64,000 nt of DNA from positions 4,608,001 through 4,672,000 of the forward strand of contig CAVWLP010000002.1 of assembly GCA_963755915.1 (NCBI GenBank), read 5' to 3'. The notes under the pieces are model-generated. The model was not told the DNA's origin, made no database searches, and saw only the letters and a program-made list of their open reading frames with translations. How positions within the stretch are numbered: the first letter of the stretch is position 1; every line of letters starts with the position of its first letter. Position numbers and translations under genes: made by a program. This document shows, piece after piece, positions 41,390 through 52,486 of this stretch. This DNA is from an uncultured Phycisphaerales bacterium (GTDB taxonomy: Bacteria; Planctomycetota; Phycisphaerae; Tepidisphaerales; Tepidisphaeraceae).

Positions 41390-42277
41390 TCACTTCACCT
41401 TGATCAACCCGAAAATCGATTCCGCCTGTTTCGCGGCAAACGCCGCAAATTCCAGGGGCGAGGCCAGCGCGATTTGCAGATTGCCGGAATTGGGATCGCT
41501 CGGCAACCCGCATTGCGCCAGCACGCGGTTCGCCGCCTGAACCTGGTGAAACTGGGCTTTGACCATTTCCCTGCCGATCATCGCCGCCTGGAGAAATTCT
41601 CCGAGCCGGGCAAACAGGGCGCGGTATGACTCGGGTTTTTCCTGGGCCGCCTTCAGAAAGGCGGCAAACTCTGATCCCGCGGCCGGCCCCACCTGGATCA
41701 CGGCAAGGCCGGATGCGTGCGAAAACTCGAAGCATCGATATTGGCCGCCGAGCTTTTCCACCAGCCGGTAGACCCCAAAGCCTTCCGAGCGATCCGCCGA
41801 ATCGTGCAGCAGCACGACGCCGCGCTGCGACATCTTCGGCAAATAGGATTCGAAATCATGCCGCACGGCTTCGTAGTCGTGCGCTCCGTCGATATGAAGC
41901 AAATCGATGGATTGATCCTCGAAACTCCGGCGTGCCGAGTCGAAATCCGCCTGCATCAGCTCCGAAAAGCTCGAAAACCGCGCATCATGAAACGCCCGAA
42001 ACTCCGTCAAAACCTGCGGCCCCAGCCTGCCGACATGCGCATCCCCGGCCCACGTATCCACCGCGGTGCAGCGCGTCTGAAGCCCCAGGATCTGAACGGC
42101 GTGGCAAAACGCGGAATATGAAACCCCCGAATGCGTCCCCAGTTCCACGAACCTGGGCGGCCTAAGCAGTTCCATCGCCAGGTAGGCAAACGGAACATGC
42201 CGAATCCAGGCCGAATCCGCGGTCAGCCGCTCCGGCAGCGTGTAAATGATCGAATAATCGAGCGGATCGAATGCCAT
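41390..42277 (-). CDS. Class I SAM methyltransferase (Methyltransf_24-like)
   Basis: 'VELGTHSGVS', 'VDTWAGD', 'IDLLHIDGAHDY', 'LLHD'. Confidence 0.85.
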   Translation of the reverse strand: MAFDPLDYSIIYTLPERLTADSAWIRHVPFAYLAMELLRPPRFVELGTHSGVSYSAFCHAVQILGLQTRCTAVDTWAGDAHVGRLGPQVLTEFRAFHDARFSSFSELMQADFDSARRSFEDQSIDLLHIDGAHDYEAVRHDFESYLPKMSQRGVVLLHDSADRSEGFGVYRLVEKLGGQYRCFEFSHASGLAVIQVGPAAGSEFAAFLKAAQEKPESYRALFARLGEFLQAAMIGREMVKAQFHQVQAANRVLAQCGLPSDPNSGNLQIALASPLEFAAFAAKQAESIFGLIKVK

Positions 42278-42549
42278 TGTGGCCGCCGCAGTTCGGCCAG
42301 CCAGTATATGCGCCCCCGTTTGTTAACGCGAAAGCGCAAGACTCCGCCCTGGAACAAAAGCAGGGCGATCGCATGCTCTCTCTTACCCCCTCGCCCGGTA
42401 CTCCGGGAGAGGGTTGGGGTGAGGGCAGTGAAAGAATTTCGGGCCATATGCGATCGCCCGGGAACAAAAGCAAGACATCACTGATCGCCGATCAGTGATG
42501 TCCCATATGCCTTTCAATTTTCGCCGCAACCCGCCAGGGGTCTGGCGGC

Positions 42550-43266
42550 TCAAACAGTGCGGAGACGTTTCCGGGCAATCCCGATAAAACCCAGCCCCGA
42601 CAAAACCATAAAGCTCTGCCAGGCAGCGCTGGGAAGCGGAACAGCATTGGGAGGACCGCTTGCGGGATCCGGGATTTCCTTCAGATCGAAGCCTGTCCCG
42701 GCCGCATCGATGATCAGGTTATCGGGGTTGGTCGCGGTCGGGTTTCCGTTGTTGTCGTAATCAATCGTGCCGCTGCCCCACGATGAAGTGGTTCCGGAAG
42801 CTTGCGAGCCTCCGCCGTAGGTCAGGTTGTTTCCCCCGGCGTTCAGTGACACAGTCGTAAAAAAGCCGGCCGGCGGGGCAAACGTGCTGCTTACCGAGGG
42901 AAACGTCGCCGAGCTGCTAAGCAGGAACTGGAAGCCATCCCATGATGTGCCGGAATCGTTCGTGATCGATTCCGAATTGAAATCGATGACATCCGTCGTC
43001 GTCGAGACCGGCTGGAACGAAACCAGAAATCCCTGGTTCGGGGCGGTGAAGTCAGCGGTCTTGTCGATGACCAGGGGAGTGCTCGCGGTAGCGGGAGTAA
43101 CCGTCAGCGTCACTCCCGACTGGGCCGTGATGTTCCATCCGTCTACCACCTGAGATGTCCCGCCATCAATTGTGATTGTCGCGGCAGAAGCTGTCTGCCA
43201 GGCGCCCAAGCCCGCAAGCGCCGTGCACGCGGCGACCAGGGCGATCTTTTTGCTTCCATTGCACAT
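42550..43266 (-). CDS. Secreted protein with VPLPxA-type PEP-CTERM sorting tail
   Basis: Signal peptide; S/T/G-rich body; 'AVPLPSAAW'+TM+'RKRLR'. Confidence 0.85.
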   Translation of the reverse strand: MCNGSKKIALVAACTALAGLGAWQTASAATITIDGGTSQVVDGWNITAQSGVTLTVTPATASTPLVIDKTADFTAPNQGFLVSFQPVSTTTDVIDFNSESITNDSGTSWDGFQFLLSSSATFPSVSSTFAPPAGFFTTVSLNAGGNNLTYGGGSQASGTTSSWGSGTIDYDNNGNPTATNPDNLIIDAAGTGFDLKEIPDPASGPPNAVPLPSAAWQSFMVLSGLGFIGIARKRLRTV

Positions 43267-43514
43267 GAGAACCTCCCAAACAAATAAAACAACTCAAAAC
43301 GTCAACGCGCGATGCCTTGCATCGGACAGGCAATCTATAGATCGCCCTTTCAAGCCCGCGACGGATAATTTTTCGCGGCCGGTAATTCTTTGCCCTATGC
43401 GATGAAACTGTGCGATGAATTCGCATCGAACCGATCTCATCGCCGGGTCCGATAAGTTCGTCGAATCAGCGCCAAGTAGCGGCACGCTGCCGCCTCGGAT
43501 ATAACCACGACCCT

Positions 43515-43984
43515 ATGGAGCGAACGCTAATTATCCTGAAACCCGACGCCGTTCAGCGCGGGCTGTGTGGCCAAATCATCGACCGCTTCGAAAAAAAAGG
43601 CCTGCAAATTGTCGGCCTCAAGTTCATGAAGATTCCCCAGACCTTGGCGGAGACCCATTACGGCCCCCACAAAGGCAAGCCGTTCTATGATGGACTCGTA
43701 AAGTTCATGACATCCTCGCCAGTGATTGTGCTGGCGCTTTACGGCAAGGATGCGATCGGCGTCGCCCGCAAGATGATGGGCGCCACCTTCGGTTCAAAAG
43801 CAGAGCCCGGCACGATCCGCGGCGATTTTGGGGTGAGCAACTCCTTCAACCTGATTCACGGCTCCGATTCGCCGGAGAGCGCCAGCGCGAGCTCGATCTA
43901 TTCTTCAAGCGCGAGGAACTGCTTGAATGGAAGCCGGCGCTGGAAATGTGGGTCTACGATTACGGCAAGGGGAAGCCGGAGTAA
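43515..43984 (+). CDS. ndk: Nucleoside diphosphate kinase, frameshift ~43885
   Basis: 'ERTLIILKPDAV', 'PGTIRGDF', 'NLIHGSDS'; alternate frame gives ELDLFF...GKPE*. Confidence 0.95.
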
Positions 43985-43995
43985 GAGACGAGAGC

Positions 43996-45366
43996 TCACC
44001 ACGGAGAACTCTTCCGCCGGCGTTTGAGCAGACCCACGCTTCCAAATGAGAGCAGCGAGAGCGTTCCTGGTTCCGGCACGGCCGGCGCGAAGGCGACGCC
44101 TTTGAACAGTTCGCCCCCCTTGCCGCCGGTGTTTCCCGCGGCGGATTCGATTTCCGTGAAGCTTTCCCCTGCTCCAGTGGTCGCATCCAGAGAATCGCTG
44201 ATGGAGAACAGGCCATCCGGGTCTCCATTTCCGCTCGTGTAAGAGACCGCGAAAAGATCGACCTGGGCGCTGGCCCCGGACCCGACCACTTCGCCCGCGA
44301 GCGCTTCAAATCCCGTCTGGTCGCTCGAAGTCCAGGCCGAGCTGGTTGGCGTGAGCGTATACTGAAGACTCCAGGTATTGCCGTTGAACGTCCATTTCTG
44401 GATACCCCCGTCGCCAACGTCGCCTCCCTTGGGATCGCCCGTATCGGCGACGTAGAGCGTGTTGGCATTTGCAAAGTAGAAGCCTTCCGGGCTGTAAAAG
44501 ACTTCACTGCCTCCCGATTTGCCATTGTTCGCGGGGATGATTCGGGTTGGGGTTGAAGAGGTGGTGGGTAGCCCGTTGTATTTCCAGATGCCGGTATCGG
44601 TGCCGGAGCCTGTGTCTATGGAGAAATAGAGATTTCCGTTGTAGGCCGTCACGGTCCGCGTGTCCTGGAGGTTGTAGATTCCGGTTGGGGAGCCGCTCAC
44701 GGTCGTGTTCAGGCCGACGTTCCCGTAGAAGACTCCCTGGTCGGAATCGTTTCCGTCCCCCTGGCCGGAGATATAAAAGGTCGAGCCAGTGGAGGAATAA
44801 ACTGAACGGGGATTGTTGGTGTTGTAAACATCATTCAGCTCGGTGGAGGAGTTCACGTTCCCATTGGCGTCAATGAGTGCAGCCACGCGCGGGACGTTGG
44901 TGTCGGTGGACTGGGCGAGGGAGACGGTGTTGTGGCTGAAGGGGGTCCCGGTCGTGAAAGTGGTGCCGTTTTCGGAGTTGGTGGAAGCATCGATTCCTGC
45001 CGCCGCTGCCGAGGCGCTATAGCCTGCGATGGTGAGATATTGGCCGTTGCCGGAGAGCTGAAGGGTTCCTTCGGAGGAGGAGCCGTACTGGCCCACGATG
45101 CCGAAGTTATTGCCAGAGTTTGATGTCGGGAGCGTGTCGGTGAATACCGGCGATTCGTTGAGGGTGACAGAGTTATTGGTGACGGCGAATTCGAGAAGGC
45201 TGATGGGGGTTGAAGCGCCCTGGGTGAGATTGCTGCCCACGCTGCCGTAGGTGCTGACGACGAGATCGCCGGGGGTAAAGGTAACAGCGCGCACGCGACC
45301 CGCCGAGGCGGCAAAAAGAACCATTGCCAGTATGGCCCGGCAAGCCGGCTTCCAGGATTGAGGCAT
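43996..45366 (-). CDS. PEP-CTERM surface protein
   Basis: Signal peptide, beta-rich S/T/N/G body, 'VPEPGTLSLL...KRRRK'. Confidence 0.9.
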   Translation of the reverse strand: MPQSWKPACRAILAMVLFAASAGRVRAVTFTPGDLVVSTYGSVGSNLTQGASTPISLLEFAVTNNSVTLNESPVFTDTLPTSNSGNNFGIVGQYGSSSEGTLQLSGNGQYLTIAGYSASAAAAGIDASTNSENGTTFTTGTPFSHNTVSLAQSTDTNVPRVAALIDANGNVNSSTELNDVYNTNNPRSVYSSTGSTFYISGQGDGNDSDQGVFYGNVGLNTTVSGSPTGIYNLQDTRTVTAYNGNLYFSIDTGSGTDTGIWKYNGLPTTSSTPTRIIPANNGKSGGSEVFYSPEGFYFANANTLYVADTGDPKGGDVGDGGIQKWTFNGNTWSLQYTLTPTSSAWTSSDQTGFEALAGEVVGSGASAQVDLFAVSYTSGNGDPDGLFSISDSLDATTGAGESFTEIESAAGNTGGKGGELFKGVAFAPAVPEPGTLSLLSFGSVGLLKRRRKSSPW

Positions 45367-45598
45367 ATTCTCCCTTTACAACGTCAAAGCCCCCAAGTCC
45401 GCTCCTTCACGCAAGCTTCATGAGGTTAGATTGATACTGGCTTATGTTCTAAATTTCGTTAGCGAGTGGTTAAGGTTTGGTTATGGCGGCAGGGAATTTC
45501 CCGCGCAATAGGTCGGTCCCCCGCCGCGGGCACTCTCGATTCGATGTGCCGCGAAGCACGAAACGGGACTGGGATTTCGGTTTCTACTTTTGCCAACC

Positions 45599-46378
45599 CT
45601 ACCGCGCCACGATCGGCCGTTTGCAAACGACTTCATGGCTTTCCGTGCTGTACGTCAACTCGCCGTCGCCTGCCCACACGCTCCAGATCGGCTTGTCATC
45701 GCTGGCGACAAAATCGTCCATTAACGTGTAAACCCCGTTGGTTTCGCGAAACACCAGATATCGGCTCTTTCCAACCTGCGGGATTTCAATGCCATACATT
45801 GATAGATCGCTCTGCCGTTGCGCCCCCAAGTCCGCCAAGCCATAGCCCGGGAACATGATTTCGAAAATTCGCTTAGTGAGCTCATCGCGACTTTGGTAAC
45901 GGATCTTCACCGGCGCCTGCGACACCAATTGCTCCACCAACTGCGACTGGCTTGGATCGATGTTGTTCGGGTCGTCCTTATACTCCTCGTAAGTCGAATA
46001 ATCGCGCGTCAGCTTGATCGAATGCCCCAGGTATTCAATCGATCCCGGAGCAAATTGCGAAACGCTCGGAGTTCGCGCGTTATAACGCTCGACCTCCCGA
46101 TACATCGGCCAACCCACGATCACAACGGTGATCAGAGTCGCCGCACCTCGCCACCATGTTGCCGAATATTGATTTGGCGTAAACGCCCTCCTCTCAGGCC
46201 CAAAGTCCCGGATAGTTCCCAATTGTAACTTCGACTGACGGAAGATGAGCGATAAATTTACCCTTGCCGTCCTGGCTTTCTCAACTCCCGTAGGCCATGC
46301 GAAAAATCGGCGACTTTTATAACCCCGTCCCGCCTCGCCAGAGCCCGCTCCCCCGGATATAAACCCAGCCGGAGGCAC
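45599..46378 (-). CDS. Hypothetical membrane-anchored protein (true start probably further downstream)
   Basis: TM helix followed by a globular-looking ~170 aa region. Confidence 0.5.
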   Translation of the reverse strand: MPPAGFISGGAGSGEAGRGYKSRRFFAWPTGVEKARTARVNLSLIFRQSKLQLGTIRDFGPERRAFTPNQYSATWWRGAATLITVVIVGWPMYREVERYNARTPSVSQFAPGSIEYLGHSIKLTRDYSTYEEYKDDPNNIDPSQSQLVEQLVSQAPVKIRYQSRDELTKRIFEIMFPGYGLADLGAQRQSDLSMYGIEIPQVGKSRYLVFRETNGVYTLMDDFVASDDKPIWSVWAGDGELTYSTESHEVVCKRPIVAR

Positions 46379-46383
46379 CTCGC

Positions 46384-47384
46384 ATGATCCTCGCCGGTTT
46401 CGTCGTCGGTCTTCTCGCCTGGTTCATCGTCCGCTGCATCGTCGGTGGCTTCTTCACCGTCGACCAGAACGAGCGGGCCGTCAAAACCAGCCTTGGACGT
46501 GCCGAACGCGTCGGAACCGCCACCACGCTCGAATCTCCCATCGCTCAAAATCTCCAGCCCGACGAACGGGAGCGATACAACTATCCCCAGGTCCGCGTCA
46601 TCCCGCCCGGCGGCCCCTATTTCAAATGGCCCTGGGAACGCGTCCACAAGGCCGACATCGCCACCCAGACCATCAACATGGCCTACGACCCCGAAACCCC
46701 CAAGGCCAACACCGGCGGCACAGTGCTCGAAGCCGTCACCAAGGACCAGCTCAACACCGGCCTCACGCGGCCAGATCCGCTACCGCGTCTCCGAGAACAA
46801 TCTCTACGCCTACCTCTTCGGCGTGAACCATCCCATCGTCCACGTCATGGGTTATTTCGTCTCCGTCCTGCGCGAACGCATCGCCAATTTCGAAGCCCCC
46901 GCACCCAAGACTCCTGCCGACGCCCCCACAAAACCCGAGCCCTCCACCGCCGCCATCGGCATCTCCATCAACGACCTCCGCAAAAATCTCCGCGATATCA
47001 ACGACCACATGGACCGCGAATGCGCTTCCTCCGATGCCCGCTACGGCATCGTGCTCGACGCCTCGCTCATCACCGGCATCGATCCGCCGCCGGAGGTCGA
47101 ATCCGCGCTGGCCGCGATCAACACCGCGTACAACCAGGTCTCTTCCGACATCAGCCTCGCCCAGGCCGGCGCCGATCAGAAAATCGTCCAGTCCAAACGC
47201 GCCGTGGAAATCGAAACCCTCAAGGCCCAGGCCGAGGTCGAACCGCTCATGGCCATGGCCGCACAACTTGCCGACCTTCAAGAAAAGCGGCCCGGAAGTG
47301 CTCCCCGCATATCTCCGCAACGTCCGGCTCGGCCTCTTCACCCAGGCCAAACGCATCATCCTGGAGGCCAACCACCATGAATGA
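46384..47384 (+). CDS. SPFH/band-7 protein 1 (frameshifts ~46768, ~47280)
   Basis: TM + 'GFFTVDQNERAV..SLG', 'GPYFKWPW', AEA-rich coiled coil; joined over three frames. Confidence 0.8.
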
Positions 47385-48296
47385 TTCCCCCCTGAACGAA
47401 TTTATCATCGCCTTCTTCTGCACGTTCATCGGCACGTTCATTGCCGTGCCGATTTTCTTCATGTTTCTGCGCCTCTTCGGCTTCTACACCATCGTCAACG
47501 AGCGCCAGTGCAAGGTCTATGTCCTCTTCGGAAAAGTCCTCGGTGAATTGGACGAACCCGGGCTGCATTTGCTTTTTCCAAAACTGGGATTGAAGGCGCT
47601 CGATCGTGAATTTGCTCGGCCGCTGTTATTCGCTCGACCTGCGGCTGGATCAGGAATACCTCCGCAGCACGCCCGTCAATTCCGAGGAAGGCGCGCCAAT
47701 GGGCATCGGCATCTGGTACGAGATGTTCATCAGCAATCCCGTTTCCTACCTTTTCAAGAACGCCGACCCGCGCGGCTCGCTGGCCGCCAACGTCGGCAAC
47801 TCCACCGTTCGCTGCCTGAGCAACATGAAGCTGGCCGACATGCTGGAAAACCGGCACTCGATGAGCCAGACCGTCCGCGATCGAGGTCTGCCCGCAGTCC
47901 GAAGAATGGGGCTACAAGCTCGGCTCCGTCTACATCCGCAAAGTCCATTTCCGCGACGCCGGCATGATCAAGCAGATCGAGGAAAAGGTCGTCAACCGAC
48001 TTCGGCAGGTCACCAGCGCCATCAAGCAGGACGGGGCCAACCAGGTGAGCATCATCACCAGCACCGCCGAGCGCCAGGCCGCCATCGAATTCGCCAAGGC
48101 CGCCGCCATGCGTCCCGAAATCGTCGGCGCCGCCCTCGAAAAAATCTCCCGCGACCCCGACATTGCCAAAACGATGTTCGAAATCCTCGAAACCCAGAAC
48201 ATCCTCGCCGGCAAGGGGGATGTCACGCTGGTTCCCCCGCACCAAAGGCTGCTGGGGGAAATTATGGCTGCTCAGGAATCTTCGCCCGTTCATTGA
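47377..48296 (+). CDS. SPFH/band-7 protein 2 (frameshifts ~47600, ~47880)
   Basis: TM + 'FYTIVNER..VYVLFGK..EPGLH'; joined over three frames. Confidence 0.8.
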
Positions 48297-48750
48297 GTGG
48301 GGATTGACTCCCAGTAAAAGGGGGGAGGATTTCGTGGATTGCGACTTCATATGCAGCGGGGTGAAATTCAAGATAAGTTAGTGATTGCAAGTCGTTGATG
48401 CGGTGCTGTGGCAAGGGGTTTCGTTACCGTTGACAGAATGGAAGTTTTTAAAAGAGGTGGCGAGCGGGGTGGGGGGTTTTTCCTGGATTGCGACGGGGGG
48501 CGAAAATGGGTGGTTTTGAGCATCATCATAGGAAAGTGCGCGCCTCTATATACAGGGCCAAAGGTGCACGTTTTGGACGTGTTTTTTGGGAAATCTGGGG
48601 GGATTTATTTTGGGGGCGTGAGATTGGAAAGAATTTGATATGGGGAGGGGTTTCTTTGGGGAATCGGACGGTGCTGGGGGCCCTCACCCGCGCGGGCTTA
48701 CGCCCGCTTGCCCTCTCCCTGATTACAGGGAGAGGGGAAAGAGGCACGGA

Positions 48751-49962
48751 TCAGGTCGACAAGCGAATAAGTCCATTGATTGCGAGGATGGCTGGAGAAT
48801 CAGTTGGGCCAGGATTGCGCGGAAGCGGGAAAAGCGCGGCGCTCTGTTTGGGCGCGGATTCCTTCGCGGTTAGATAATTGCCCCAGCCGATGATCACCGT
48901 CGAGGCGATGAGGGTCGCCAGTCCGGCGGCGATTAGTTTGTGTGTTCGGGCAGAGGAGCCTTTCCACTCCTTGAGGGCGACGCCCCAAAGGGTGGAAAAG
49001 ATGATGATGCTCGCCATGTGCAACGTCCAGGAAGAGAAACCGAATTGGCCCATCTTGGTTTCGCCCATTGAATAGAAGAAAAATTGGAAATACCAGATGA
49101 GCCCAGCGGCCGCGGACAACAGGTAATTCGGGGCGAGTGCGATGCGCCGGGTTTTCGATTCGGCGGTGGGCGCGGCGGCATTTTCCATGTATTCCCCTAT
49201 GTATTCCCCTGCCGATTTATTTTTCAGATGGAGAATGACGCACCATACAAAGTTGGTTAGAAAACCGCCCCAGAGGACCACGACGAGGATTGGGAGGTTC
49301 TGCCAGACGTCGGCGCGGCCTGCGTGGGCAAGACCGCGTGCCGCGGCGTCGGCGATCGGTTGGCCGGCCGCGAACGCAAACGCCATGCACGCCGACATGA
49401 TGCCGCATACGATCGCGATGATGAGTCCCCGGGGAAAATTGAATTCAGCGACCGCCGCCTTCTTTTGTGTCTCCGACATTTCCGCTTCCTTCGACCGGCC
49501 CGCCAAGCCCGAGATGGCAATGCCCACCAGGCAAACCAGGACGCCCAGCAGAACCACACGGCCCCCATTTGTCGCCGCAATCGCCCCCAACTGGTGATTG
49601 AACAATGGCGGGATGAGAGTGCCAAAGGCGGCGCAGCACCCGAGCGCGATCGCGTAGCCGAGGGCGAGACCGAGGTAGCGCACGGTCAGGCCGAAGGTTA
49701 ACCCGCCGACACCCCAGAGGAGTCCAAAGCAAATGGTCCAGATCAACGTGCTGGAAGGAGTGTCGCTGATGATCCGCCAGACGTTGGGAACAAATAACGA
49801 TGCGAAAATCGGCGGCGCGATGATCCAACTGAAGACGCCGCCGACCAACCAATAGGTTTCCCAGGACCATCGCCTGACGCGTTTGAATGGAAGGTAAAAG
49901 CTTGCCGCGGCAAGACCGCCGATCCAGTGGAACAGGACGCCGAGCGGCGGATTAGGATTCAT
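48751..49962 (-). CDS. rhaT: L-rhamnose/H+ symporter family
   Basis: 'SFYLPFKRVRRWSWETYW', 'WYFQFFFY', 'SWTLHM', 'LKEWKG'. Confidence 0.9.
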   Translation of the reverse strand: MNPNPPLGVLFHWIGGLAAASFYLPFKRVRRWSWETYWLVGGVFSWIIAPPIFASLFVPNVWRIISDTPSSTLIWTICFGLLWGVGGLTFGLTVRYLGLALGYAIALGCCAAFGTLIPPLFNHQLGAIAATNGGRVVLLGVLVCLVGIAISGLAGRSKEAEMSETQKKAAVAEFNFPRGLIIAIVCGIMSACMAFAFAAGQPIADAAARGLAHAGRADVWQNLPILVVVLWGGFLTNFVWCVILHLKNKSAGEYIGEYMENAAAPTAESKTRRIALAPNYLLSAAAGLIWYFQFFFYSMGETKMGQFGFSSWTLHMASIIIFSTLWGVALKEWKGSSARTHKLIAAGLATLIASTVIIGWGNYLTAKESAPKQSAALFPLPRNPGPTDSPAILAINGLIRLST

Positions 49963-49984
49963 GGGGTGCTCCCAACTTTGAAGT

Positions 49985-51418
49985 TCAGCAAACCTGAACC
50001 ACTTCCATCTTGAGAAGCTGGCCGAGCTTTTGGATTTTTCCGGCGATGTGGCCGATGCCGACGGCACAATGATGTGCCGGTCCCTGGGCGTTCCACGACG
50101 TGACAAAGTTGCGCGCTCCGGTCGGAAATCGGTAGCGGGAGTTGGTGTTTCCGATTTCCAAAATGGGGCCCGGGACCGACTCTGCCTGGGCAACGAGAAG
50201 CTTTATTCGCCCATCTTTGGTCTGGACGACGGAAAGCAGCGTGACCGGACCATGCTTGACGGACATCTCAACTGAAAGGCCGCGGCCCACCTTTCCATGA
50301 TAGACCTTCAGCGGGCGCACCTTGATCTTGCCCTGGGCGATCGCGATGTGGCCCGGGCCGTCGTGTCCCATGAGGACAATGTCGTCTGAATAATCCATCG
50401 CGTAATACTCGGTGAACGATCCGCCGGCGCCGAAGCTGTCCATGATCTTCATCGCCTGGGCGTTTTTGATTTCCAACTCGCCGGCGACGGGAATTCCCCG
50501 GGCAGTCAGAAGGGAGTTGCCGAGAATGATGGAGGAAATCACCTCTTCATTGGCCGGGTTGCCAACCCCCATATAGTAATACGCCATTGAACCCAACTGA
50601 TGGGTCGCCACGAACTGGTCGAGAGCTGCCGAGGTTTTGGCGGCTCGTTTTAGCTCTGCTTCGGGACAGTCCGGCTGGACATCAAAGAGCTGGTGGAACA
50701 TCGTTACCCGATCGGCAACCTGGGCTTCCGTGACGGAGGCGCAGATCGCCGCGAGTTCGTCGACTTCGACGATTTCGATGTGGCCTCCGAAGCAGGCGCA
50801 CTGCTGGGTGAGATCGGAGTAGATATCCAACATGCCGTTGTAATAGTGGCCCATTACGCCGAGGCGATTGTGCTCCATGAGGTGGGCGACCTTCGCGGCA
50901 TGAACCCAGTCGGCGATTTCGCTCCAGGCAGCGTCGTCGTCCTCCAACATCCCCGTCACCTGGTAGAACGGAATGCCGCAGCGGCAAAAGACGTTGGCAA
51001 TTTCCGGCACCGGGCAGGCGTTGCAATAGGCGAGCCATTCGCCGGTCATCTTGGTTCGGTCGCCCAGCGCGTTGAACGTCGCGTAATCAATTGCCGGGCC
51101 AGGCTGCAGGTTTAGGATAATCACCGGGACTTTGGCGCGACGAACGACCGGAAGAACGGTGCTGGACAAGGCGTAGGTGGTGACATGGAGAAACAGAAGG
51201 TCGACGTCTTTTTCGCGAAAGGCATGACCGGCGTGGACGGCTTTTTCGGGGCTGTCAATCAGGCCCAGATCGACGATCTCTACGCCGTTGGTTATTCCGG
51301 CTAGCTTCTCCGCAACCCGCGCGACATAACCTTTCAGGCGGATTTCCAGGCCGGGAAACTGCGGCCAGTACGTGTCGAGGCCGATGCCGAAAAGGCCGAG
51401 TTTCAGGGATCGCGTCAT
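49985..51418 (-). CDS. L-fucose/L-arabinose isomerase family protein
   Basis: 'GIPVAGE', 'GGSFTE', 'MGHDGPGH', 'GPAHHCA'. Confidence 0.85.
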   Translation of the reverse strand: MTRSLKLGLFGIGLDTYWPQFPGLEIRLKGYVARVAEKLAGITNGVEIVDLGLIDSPEKAVHAGHAFREKDVDLLFLHVTTYALSSTVLPVVRRAKVPVIILNLQPGPAIDYATFNALGDRTKMTGEWLAYCNACPVPEIANVFCRCGIPFYQVTGMLEDDDAAWSEIADWVHAAKVAHLMEHNRLGVMGHYYNGMLDIYSDLTQQCACFGGHIEIVEVDELAAICASVTEAQVADRVTMFHQLFDVQPDCPEAELKRAAKTSAALDQFVATHQLGSMAYYYMGVGNPANEEVISSIILGNSLLTARGIPVAGELEIKNAQAMKIMDSFGAGGSFTEYYAMDYSDDIVLMGHDGPGHIAIAQGKIKVRPLKVYHGKVGRGLSVEMSVKHGPVTLLSVVQTKDGRIKLLVAQAESVPGPILEIGNTNSRYRFPTGARNFVTSWNAQGPAHHCAVGIGHIAGKIQKLGQLLKMEVVQVC

Positions 51419-51520
51419 GGTTTTCCGCCCGTCGGCTGTTGCCAGTAAAACAAACGCTACTCCCAACCGGCCGGCAGCAAAATACGCAAAATGGCCGGCA
51501 TGCATATAGAATCTGGCAAC

Positions 51521-52417
51521 ATGAAAAACTATGCGAGCTATCTGTCTGCCGGCTCCGATCTGCACGTCTGGCGGGCCGCGGTGACCGCCGCAGGCTATAC
51601 CCGCATCCCCCCCGGATCGGTTTATCCGCCCGGTCGTCATCCGCTCGATCATTTGTTCACCTGGCAACGGGGGCGTGCTTCAGGCGTATCAAGTAGTTTA
51701 CGTATTGAGTGGCCGGGGAACTTTTGAATCCGATGCCCGCGGGCTTCAGGAAGTTACAGCGGGCACGGTCTTTTTGCTCTTTCCAGGAGTGTGGCATCGA
51801 TACAAACCAGACAGAAAAACCGGGTGGGTCGAAAGCTGGATTGAACTCCAGGGACCGGCCATCCGCCTGCTCGAAAAAAGCGCAGTCATATCCCGCGAAC
51901 GCCCGCTCCTGCCCATGGGCAGGCATCCCGCTCTGGAGAAATCCCTTGAAGATTGCCATCGTCTGGCAATTGAACGACCGGCTGGCTATCAAGCGATGCT
52001 CGGAACCCTGGGCCTGCATATTCTGGCATTACTCCAAGGAGCACCATTGATGCCCGGCAGCCGATCAAGCATCAATGAAGCCGTGCGAAAAACCCAGCAG
52101 GCCTTGGAGACTCAGCTCGACCGCTTGATCAATATCGAAGCCATCGCCGAGCAACTCAATGTGAGCTATTCCACGCTCCGTCACGCGTTCAGGGACCTCG
52201 TCGGATCGTCCCCCAAGCAATATCATTTGCAATTGCGCTGCGCAAGGCCAAAGAATTGCTTCAAAACACGCCCCTGACAATCGAAGGCATCGCCGATGAA
52301 CTTGGATTTGGCTCCGCGTTTCATTTCTCTAATGTCTTTAAGCAATCAGTCGGCGAATCGCCTTCGGCCTGGAGACGAAGCAATGAGCGGGGACATAAAG
52401 GGGACTTCCTGATTTGA
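51521..52417 (+). CDS. AraC family regulator (frameshifts ~51675, ~52240)
   Basis: Cupin 'LFPGVWHRY'; HTH 'IAEQLNVSYSTLR', 'IADELGF.SAFHFS.VFK'. Confidence 0.88.
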
Positions 52418-52486
52418 CCGCAAGGGTCAGAATGAGAAGCGACCCCCCTTATGATGGTCTATGTGTCCATCAGCCGGGTACGTTTT

